A stretch of DNA of 23,359 bases from Kofleriaceae bacterium (GTDB lineage: Bacteria; Myxococcota_A; Polyangia; Haliangiales; Haliangiaceae). The stretch covers positions 1 to 23,359 of the forward strand of contig JBKJLC010000035.1 of assembly GCA_046597055.1 (NCBI GenBank), given 5' to 3'. Under the pieces are notes generated by a model. The model was not told where the DNA came from, did not search any database, and was given only the letters and a program-made list of their open reading frames with translations. Both the position numbers and the translations under genes were made by a program. Positions within the stretch are counted from its first letter, which is position 1; each line of letters starts with the position of its first letter. Shown piece by piece: positions 17,012 to 23,359 of this stretch.

Positions 17012-17596
17012 TCAGTCCATCAAGCTCTTGTAGGCACACCGGGTGCGCCCGATCAGGAACCCTTCACTATTCCTCAAGTCGAGCGCGCTCGCAGTTCGCT
17101 CGCGCGAGCCGGCGGGCAGCCGTGCATCGTAGGCCTCGAGCAGGCCCTCGGTGAGATCGAACACGAGGTGGACCGGTGCCAGCGAGTCGTCGTCGAGCAC
17201 GACATCAGCGGGACCGCTTCCCACGGTGAACGGGGGCGGTGGCAACCGGATCGTGGTGCCGACCTGAGGGCCCGAAAGAAGCACCAACCACGAGACCGCC
17301 GGTGCGGTCGGTGAGGCGATCGAGAGCATCCCCATTCTCTTGACCGCGCGCATCGGCGCGGGCGGTGGTGCCGTCGGCGCCGGGGGCGGCTCGCACACGT
17401 GGTCGACGAATGCGACGCAGTGATGATCGCGCGCGCGGACCATGGCCTCGTCCTCGCTTGAGCACCAGTACACATTTCGCCGGCATTCCTCGCAGTGGCG
17501 TACGTTGGGCACATCGGTCCGGTGCAGCGATCCCCACGTGCGCTGGCAGAGGAAACGGAAGCGAGGGTCGGCACGGCTAGGATCGGGCTTGCTCAT
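17012..17596 (-). CDS. Cys-rich domain + degenerate FHA domain protein
   Basis: N-terminal FRFLCQRTWGSL..T..PNVRHCEECRRNVYWC...EA...A..HCVA, Pro linker, FHA-like WLVLLSGPQVGTTIRL...FTVGS..ADVVLDD..LAPVH...FLIGRTRCAYK. Start ATG 17596. Confidence 0.8.
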   Translation of the reverse strand: MSKPDPSRADPRFRFLCQRTWGSLHRTDVPNVRHCEECRRNVYWCSSEDEAMVRARDHHCVAFVDHVCEPPPAPTAPPPAPMRAVKRMGMLSIASPTAPAVSWLVLLSGPQVGTTIRLPPPPFTVGSGPADVVLDDDSLAPVHLVFDLTEGLLEAYDARLPAGSRERTASALDLRNSEGFLIGRTRCAYKSLMD

Positions 17597-17873
17597 GGCG
17601 TGGGTTTCGTCCAGCGGTGTGCTGGGTTGTCGACTCTGCCGGTGCAGGCGTCGAACCGTCCGTCGCGCCACTGTCAGTTCGGCCGGTGAGGATCGGCGTT
17701 CGGCCGTCGCGCTGTCTGGCCCGCGGCGTGTTGACCGCTGGGGCACGAGTTCTAGCCCCGCAACGGGAGCCACGCGGAGAACCCAACCGCTCTCTTTCGG
17801 CCGACGTCGGCGCCCACCGGTGGCGTAGAAGAGCTGAATCCCAAAGGGTTTCGTGCGGCGCCGATCTGGCCCC

Positions 17874-17955
17874 TGTTAACCACTCGGTTCCGCTGAGGCC
17901 CGGTCACGCTCTCTGCCGAGCGTTCTCGGGGAGAGAGTCGCCCCAGTGGTTAACA
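17874..17955. repeat. 82-bp element bounded by 11-bp perfect inverted repeats TGTTAACCACT/AGTGGTTAACA, with internal hairpin
   Basis: IR at 17874-17884 and 17945-17955 (13/14 if extended inward); inner imperfect stem CTCTCTGCCGAG-CGTT-CTCGGGGAGAGAG. Confidence 0.7.
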
Positions 17956-17957
17956 AG

Positions 17958-18180
17958 CGGGAGAGCGTGCTCTCCGGAGAGCGGCGAACGATGGGGGCAG
18001 CACGGTCTCCGGAGAGTGTCCGGAGATTCTCCGGAGAGAATTCGCCAGGATTCTGCTTTGGTTCCGATGATATGAACGGTTCAGGCGACGGGGATTCATC
18101 GACCCGCACCACCCTCGCCGGGTGCCGGGGCTGGTGAGGGTGGGGCCGTTCGCCCGCTCTCCCGCAGAGAGTCCGGAGAG
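17958..18180. repeat. Second cluster of the TCCGGAGA motif, including three direct repeats at exact 11-bp period
   Basis: CGGGAGAGCGTGCTCTCCGGAGA (17958-17980); TCTCCGGAGAG / TGTCCGGAGAT / TCTCCGGAGAG (18006-18038); GTCCGGAGAG (18171-18180). Confidence 0.8.
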
Positions 18181-18461
18181 GCGTACGCGGAAGCGAGTCC
18201 CTCGGGCATCGGCGATGTCCAAGCAGGAATGACGCACCGGAGCGATCGCCGGAGCCGAAGCCAGAGAGCGTGGCGCCGCGGTTGGTTGCAGCCGATCATC
18301 GGGGATTGATCCCCGCCGTCGCACTCGCACCGGCGGGAGCTGGCAAAGAGCAGGAGTCCGCAACCGGAACGCGGGGGCGCCGACAGCTCATGTATGAGTC
18401 CACGCATGTCGAAAGCGTCGTGTCGGGCCTGGCGAGTCGATTCCGCAGCGAGGATGTCGCG

Positions 18462-19418
18462 ATGAGCCGGGGAGCCAACCATCGGTACCTGCTCGGCTAC
18501 TGGCTGCACGCGTCCGTCCATCCGTTCACGAGGCCGCGGGCGTTCAGCTGGAAGCTGTTGGCGATCTGGCTGGCGCTGATCGTGGTGTTCACGTTGACGT
18601 ACGACGTCATGACCGGCGACTACGCGTGGGCGCCTGACCCCCGGGTGACACTGTTCGTCGTCGTCGTCGGCCTGCTGAGCTCTTGCGTCTTGTACTACCG
18701 ATGGGCCAGGGCCGACTCCGTGGCCGACTCCGTGTCTGACTACTGGACGGACCTGCAGCACCCCGGACCCGATCGGCTGGTCGAGCGCGTGACGCAGCAG
18801 CTGAAGAGCGCGCAAGAGCTGCCGGACTTCGACGCATTCATGGCGCAGGCCCTCGCGCTCAGCCACGCACTCTATGGCCGCGGCGACGACGCGAACCGGG
18901 CCCTCGCCGCCATCGAGTGGAGCGGACGGGCGCCGCTGATCCAGGGCGTCGGCCTGGTCGGCGAGGGCCTGGTCGAACTGCTGTGCCGCCGTGATGCCGA
19001 ACGCGCGCGGCTCCTCTTCTGCCAGGCCGGCGCCCTCACCTCGATGAGCCTGTCGGTCCCTGGCGCCGCGGACGGCGAGCGGCACATCGGCGCGCTCGTT
19101 GCGGTCTCCGACGTGGCGCTCGGTCGCGAGTCGCCGACCAGCGCGACCCGGCTCGCGGATTGTGCCGAGGATGATCGCTTCCCACCCATGAAGCTCATCG
19201 CGACCTTCGGTCTCGCCGTGGTCGCGACCCGCTCGGGGGATCGTGCCCGCGCCGCCGAGCTGCGCGGGTTCCTGACCCGCGTGGCGCCACACTGCACGCC
19301 GCTGCACCGTGAGCCTGACGCACTTGTCGCCGCCGACCGCGAGCCGCCGTCGCCCGCTGCTCCTGGCCCGGTCTCGTCGGCGCTCCAGCCCCGGAGCCCG
19401 CTACAGAATGCTCGGTAA
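18462..19418 (+). CDS. Hypothetical membrane protein (2 N-terminal TM helices + TPR-like helical region)
   Basis: GAGGA RBS before ATG 18462 (ATG 18390 is an alternative); TMs LLAIWLALIVVFTLTY and VTLFVVVVGLLSSCVLYY; helical repeats GDDANRALA, RDAERARLLF, GDRARAAEL. Confidence 0.78.
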   Translation: MSRGANHRYLLGYWLHASVHPFTRPRAFSWKLLAIWLALIVVFTLTYDVMTGDYAWAPDPRVTLFVVVVGLLSSCVLYYRWARADSVADSVSDYWTDLQHPGPDRLVERVTQQLKSAQELPDFDAFMAQALALSHALYGRGDDANRALAAIEWSGRAPLIQGVGLVGEGLVELLCRRDAERARLLFCQAGALTSMSLSVPGAADGERHIGALVAVSDVALGRESPTSATRLADCAEDDRFPPMKLIATFGLAVVATRSGDRARAAELRGFLTRVAPHCTPLHREPDALVAADREPPSPAAPGPVSSALQPRSPLQNAR

Positions 19419-19547
19419 ATCCACGGGTTCTCGACGGAGCGGCGTCGGAGGCCGAAGCTAATTTTACGGTGGGTATCCGTCCAGGAGGCGAGCCATGAAA
19501 GGCCGTGGGCCATGATCGCGACAGAGGGTTGGGCCCGCGTTTGGCGG

Positions 19548-19830
19548 CTACATCAGCAACCGCCAGGCCACCCGGTTGCCCGCCGCAGTTGAGCGCGAGG
19601 TCAGCGAGATCGCCGCCGTTCGTCGACGATCATCGCACGCGGTGACGACACCCACCAGCCGCGCCATCGCCTCGGTGTGCTGGTGATGGTCAAGACCGGC
19701 GACCTCCGCGGCGCGATCGCCCGCGTGGCCATCGTGGTAGGCGTCGACGAGTGCCGCCAGGTCCGGGTGTTCGTCGGCGAGGCACGATATGACCCAGACG
19801 AACAAGGCGAGTCGCTCGCGTGGGGCACGA
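19548..19830 (-). pseudogene. Probable gene remnant with an HTH/sigma-region-4-like C-terminus
   Basis: Coding-like stretch RERLALFVWVISCLADEHPDLAALVDAYHDG...AAEVAGLD...AMARLV; the upstream part appears to change frame and has no clear start. Family resemblance is weak. Confidence 0.3.
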
Positions 19831-20084
19831 CGGGAGGCAGCGGGCCGCCGCACGCGCGCGCGTCGTCGACGTCGCGCCGCCTCGAGCTCGTTCCCGGTGG
19901 CTGGATGGGCATCGCGGAACGTGCGCACGTCGTGGCGAACATTCCCCTCGAACTGAAGCCGGTGGACGACGACGCCGCATGCGAGGCCATCAAGGCGGGC
20001 AACGTCGATGCCGAGCAGCCGGGCAAACCCGGCCGGCGGGCCGTCATCCAGGATAGAATTCTACGGTGGCGGTGTACGCGACGA

Positions 20085-20178
20085 TGCGGGGAACGGTCGA
20101 TGGCGATCACCGAAAACAGTTGATGGCGATCACCGAAACCGGTCGATGCCGATCGCCGAAAACGGCGATGGCGATCGG
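20085..20178 (+). repeat. IS21 left end with 4 subterminal repeats (GATGGCGATCACCGAAA, ~23-bp period)
   Basis: ggtcgatggcgatcaccgaaaac / agttgatggcgatcaccgaaacc / ggtcgatgccgatcgccgaaaac / ggcgatggcgatcgg. Confidence 0.9.
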
Positions 20179-20310
20179 CGGTCGGACCAGGTCGGAGGTG
20201 ACCAGGTCGTGATCGCGGCGGCGTAGGCGCCGGGGGGTAGCCCCCGTCGGTACGCCCCAGCGTTCGGAGGCCTTCAGGGCCCGCGAGCGACGCAGGACGG
20301 TGCTTCAGGC

Positions 20311-20332
20311 CGCGTCTCCGGTAGGAGACGCG
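20311..20332 (+). promoter_or_regulatory. Hairpin sequestering the istA ribosome-binding site
   Basis: CGCGTCTCC-GGTA-GGAGACGCG perfect 9-bp stem directly before ATG 20333, with GGAG in the 3' arm. Confidence 0.7.
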
Positions 20333-21867
20333 ATGCCCACGGAGCGACTGTCGATGCGAAAGACCCGCGAGATTCTCCGATTGAAGTGGCTGCTCGCGCG
20401 CAGCCACCGCGAGATCCAGCGCGCCACCGGCGCTGGGCTCGGCACGATCAGCGACACCGCGACCCGGGCGACGGCCGCGCAGCTGGACTGGGGCGCGGTC
20501 GAGCAGTTGAGCGACGACGCGCTGGAGGCGCGGCTGTACCCGCCGGCGCCGGCGGCGCGGCGGCCGCTGCCGGCGCCGGCGCATATGCACATCGAGCTGC
20601 GGCGCCCGGGCGTGACCTTGCGGCTGCTGCACGAGGAGTATCTGGGCCTGCACGCGGACGGCTACGGCTACACGCAGTTCGTCACGCACTACCGAGAGTG
20701 GGCTGGCGCGCAGCGCGTGACGATGCGGCAGGTCCATCTCGCCGGCGACAAGGTCTTCGTCGACTACTCGGGCAAGAAGGCGGCGATCGTCGACCCGGCC
20801 ACCGGCGCGCGCGTCGAGGTCGAGCTGTTCGTCGCCGTACTGGGCGCGTCCAACTACACCTGGGCCGAGGCGACGCGCACGCAGCGCTCGCACGACTGGA
20901 TCGACAGCCACGTGCGGCTGCTGGAATTCCTGGGCGGCGTGCCGCGCGCGATCGTGCCCGACCAGCTGAAGAGCGGCGTCGTGGTAGCGAGCCGCTACGA
21001 GCCCGGCATCCAACGCACGTACGAGGAGCTGGCTCAGCACTACGGCACGACGATCTTGCCGGCGCGGCCCGCGCACCCGCGCGACAAGGCGTTGGTCGAG
21101 AACGGCGTGCTCCTGGTCCAACGCTGGATCTTGGCGCGCCTCCGCAACCAGACCTCTTTTCACTCGACGAGCTGAACCTGCGCATCGGCGAGCTGATCGA
21201 AGACTTCAACGGCCGCGTGATGCGGCGCTACGGCAAGAGCCGCCGCGAGCTCTTCGCCGCGCTCGACTGTCCGGCACTCGGACACCTTCGCCCCGACCGC
21301 TTCATCTACGGCGAGTGGAAGCGCGCCAAGGTCAACCTCGACTACCACGTCGACGTTCTTCATCACCTGTACTCCGTGCCGTACACGCTGGTGCACGAGG
21401 AGGTCGAACTGCGCGCGAGCGCGATGACGATCGAGGCCTTTCATCGCGGCAAGCGCGTCGCGTCGCACGTGCGCAGCCACCAGCGCGGTGGCTTCACCAC
21501 CAACCCGGAGCACATGCCATTGGCGCACCGCAAGCACGCCGAGTGGACGCCCGAGCGGATCACCGCATGGGCCGGCCAGACCGGGCCGCACACCCGCGCG
21601 CTCGCCGAGGCAATCCTCGCCGAGCGCAAGCATCCCGAGCACGGCTACCGGTCGTGCCTCGGCATCATGCGTCTCGCCGAGCGCTACAGCGCCGAGCGAC
21701 TCGAGGCGGCGTGTCGTCGCGCGCTGGCCGTCGGTGCCCGTTCGTACACGCGCGTCGAATCGATCTTGCGCGCTGGCCTCGACGCCGCGCCCTTGCCCGG
21801 GGCTGAAGAGGCGACGGGACCCAGCGTCACGCACGAGAACATCCGCGGCCCCGGCTACTACCACTGA
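20333..21867 (+). pseudogene. istA: IS21 transposase IstA split by a 1-nt deletion near 21155
   Basis: First frame MPTERLSMRKTREILRLK...VFVDYSG...IVPDQLKS...KALVENGV...LRNQT; second frame FSLDELN...HENIRGPGYYH. The expected QTFFSL reads CAG ACC TC TTT TCA CTC. Confidence 0.92.
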
Positions 21868-21935
21868 CCGGTGTCCGCATCGCGGACATTTCTATCGACC
21901 CGTCCGGCCACCGGACACACGGAGATCTCAACATC

Positions 21936-22685
21936 ATGTTGCACGAACCGACCATCGAGAAGCTCAAGGCCATGAAGCTCGACGCCATGGCCGCCGCCTG
22001 GGCCGAGCAAAGCGCTCGCCCTGATGTCGCGCGCCTGTCCTTCGACGAGCGCTTCGGCCTGCTCGTCGACGCCGAGTGGCTCGATCGCGAGAACAAGCGC
22101 CTCGGCCGCGTCCTCCGGGAGGCCAAGCTCCGCATCAGCGGCGCCTGCATCGAAGACATCGACAGCGACGCCAAACGCGATCTCGACCGCGCCGTGATCC
22201 GTCAGCTCGCCGCGTGCCGCTGGGTCGTCGAGCACCAGAACGTTCTCATCACCGGCATGACCGGAACCGGCAAGACCTACGTCGCCTGCGCGCTCGCACA
22301 GCAGGCGTGCCGAAAGGGCTACCGCGCCGTCTACCGCCGTGCGTCGCGTCTCTTCGCCGAGCTCGCGCTCGCCCGCGCCGATGGCACCTACGCCCGCGTC
22401 CTCACCAAGCTCGCCAAGGTCGACGTCCTCGTGCTCGACGACTGGGCGATGGCGCCGATCACCGACGCCGAGCGCCGCGACCTCCTCGAAGTCCTCGAAG
22501 ACCGCTACGGCACCCGCTCCACAATCGTCACCAGTCAGGTGCCCCACAAGCGCTGGCACGAGCACATCGGTGACCCCACCCATGCCGATGCCATCTGCGA
22601 CCGCTTGATCCACAACGCTCACCGCCTCAACCTCAAGGGCCCCTCACGCCTCCGCTCGGAGGACGACTCTAACCCCGCCAAGTAA
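21936..22685 (+). CDS. istB: IS21 helper AAA+ ATPase IstB
   Basis: Walker A GMTGTGKT, Walker B VLVLDD, LLEVLEDRY, TSQ, ADAICDRLIHNAHRLNLKGPS. Confidence 0.97.
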   Translation: MLHEPTIEKLKAMKLDAMAAAWAEQSARPDVARLSFDERFGLLVDAEWLDRENKRLGRVLREAKLRISGACIEDIDSDAKRDLDRAVIRQLAACRWVVEHQNVLITGMTGTGKTYVACALAQQACRKGYRAVYRRASRLFAELALARADGTYARVLTKLAKVDVLVLDDWAMAPITDAERRDLLEVLEDRYGTRSTIVTSQVPHKRWHEHIGDPTHADAICDRLIHNAHRLNLKGPSRLRSEDDSNPAK

Positions 22686-22711
22686 CCCACCACCGTCCGC
22701 GTCGCTTCGCT

Positions 22712-22782
22712 CCGATCGCCATCCGCCGATTCGGGCGATCACCATCGACCGGTTTCGGTGATCACGATGGCCGTCCCCCGCA
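22712..22782 (-). repeat. IS21 right end with 3 subterminal repeats
   Basis: Reverse complement reads TGCGGGGGACGGCCATCGTGATCACCGAAACCGGTCGATGGTGATCGCCCGAATCGGCGGATGGCGATCGG. Confidence 0.9.
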
Positions 22783-22914
22783 CGCGAGCTCGCTGCAGGT
22801 TCCGGGGCAGTAGACCTGGCCGGTGTCGCAGGCCCGGCACACGTGGAACACCGCCTCGCAGCGCTCGCAGCGAACCTCGCGAAGGCTATCGGGATCGGCG
22901 GGGACGAGACACAT
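22783..22914 (-). pseudogene. Small Cys-rich (zinc-binding-like) protein truncated by the IS21 insertion
   Basis: Below the track length cutoff. ATG 22914 gives MCLVPADPDSLREVRCERCEAVFHVCRACDTGQVYCPGTCSELA, which runs straight into IRR and stops 6 codons later. Confidence 0.7.
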
Positions 22915-22986
22915 CCAGATCGCGGCGCGGGCTTGACCACGCCCCGCCGCCGGTCTTTAAACTCCGCCGCGCGGAGGCGCAAGATC

Positions 22987-23359
22987 ATGGCTCATCGCCA
23001 CAAGAAGCTCACCCCGGCCGCGCGGCAGCACCGTCAGGCCCAACAGCAGGAACGCGCTCGACTCGAGGCCATCACCGGCATGACCGAGCATCTCACCTGC
23101 CTGGCCTCGCTCGCCGCCCAGGTTGCCGACGACTGCGAGGACCAAGTCCAGGCTCTCGAGTTCGACCTCGCCAGCTCGCGCCTCGCCGCCGAATTCTGGG
23201 CCGGCCACCCGGCGGCCCAAGACGTCGTCGCGACGCTCACCGACCTCGAGGCCGAGCACCAGCGCCACTCCGATGCGGTCGCCGCGCTCGCCGCTCGGTT
23301 CGACGCCTTTGTCCACAGTCAGGCCAACCACCACCACGTTCACTTGCGCCCCACCGAGC
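22987..23359 (+). CDS. Hypothetical alpha-helical protein (partial; runs off the window)
   Basis: ATG 22987, MAHRHKKLTPAARQHRQAQQQERARLEAITGMTEHLTCLASLAAQVADD..., open to the end of the window with GC3-rich codons. Confidence 0.7.
   Translation, partial: MAHRHKKLTPAARQHRQAQQQERARLEAITGMTEHLTCLASLAAQVADDCEDQVQALEFDLASSRLAAEFWAGHPAAQDVVATLTDLEAEHQRHSDAVAALAARFDAFVHSQANHHHVHLRPTE

Larger units (their letters stand above)
20085..22782 (+). mobile_element. IS21-family insertion sequence, 2698 bp
   Basis: TG...CA ends; IRL TGCGGGGAACGGTCGATGGCGATCACCGAAA vs IRR(rc) TGCGGGGGACGGCCATCGTGATCACCGAAA; multiple ~23-bp subterminal repeats; carries istA and istB. Confidence 0.95.

Noticed and set aside
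15005..19418. Integron cassette array
   Set aside because: Genes are in mixed orientation, no RYYYAAC...GTTRRRY sites follow their stops, there is no intI, and the 17874 hairpin lacks L boxes and the unpaired central spacer.
19483..19515. Strong AGGAGG RBS with ATG at 19495
   Set aside because: It opens only a 6-codon ORF (MKGRGP); probably a remnant, and not supportable as a gene.
19677..20123. Plus-strand 148-aa ORF running into IRL
   Set aside because: No RBS or recognisable domain, and it is codon-in-register antisense to the minus-strand remnant; the coding strand cannot be decided.
14474..23359. attR duplicate of the tRNA-Asp or tRNA-Val 3' end
   Set aside because: No convincing copy found by eye; only an 8-bp CCGTCCGC match near 22693 inside the IS, which is expected by chance.

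Overview
High-GC, Myxococcota-like window (MYXO-CTERM tail, Gly-rich lipoproteins; taxonomy inferred). Left part (1-14.5 kb) looks like core genome. On the minus strand are a soluble 3xPAS hybrid histidine kinase and a TolC-MFP-AcrB-type RND efflux operon that runs off the left edge. On the plus strand are two tandem M1 aminopeptidases, a Gly-rich lipoprotein, a QExxH metzincin-like/Ig/poly-Gly/MYXO-CTERM surface protein, and a tRNA-Val(TAC)-tRNA-Asp(GTC) operon with promoter and terminator. Right of the tRNAs is an island-like accessory region. Two clusters of a helically phased quasi-palindromic (T/C)CGG(G)AGA motif (14674-14883 and 17958-18180) bracket small orphan genes, including a Cys-rich/degenerate-FHA fusion. 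There is also an 82-bp TGT...ACA hairpin, a membrane protein and gene remnants. A complete 2.7-kb IS21 element (istA with a 1-nt frameshift, intact istB) truncates a small Cys-rich gene. No integrase, cas gene or attR copy is visible in the window.
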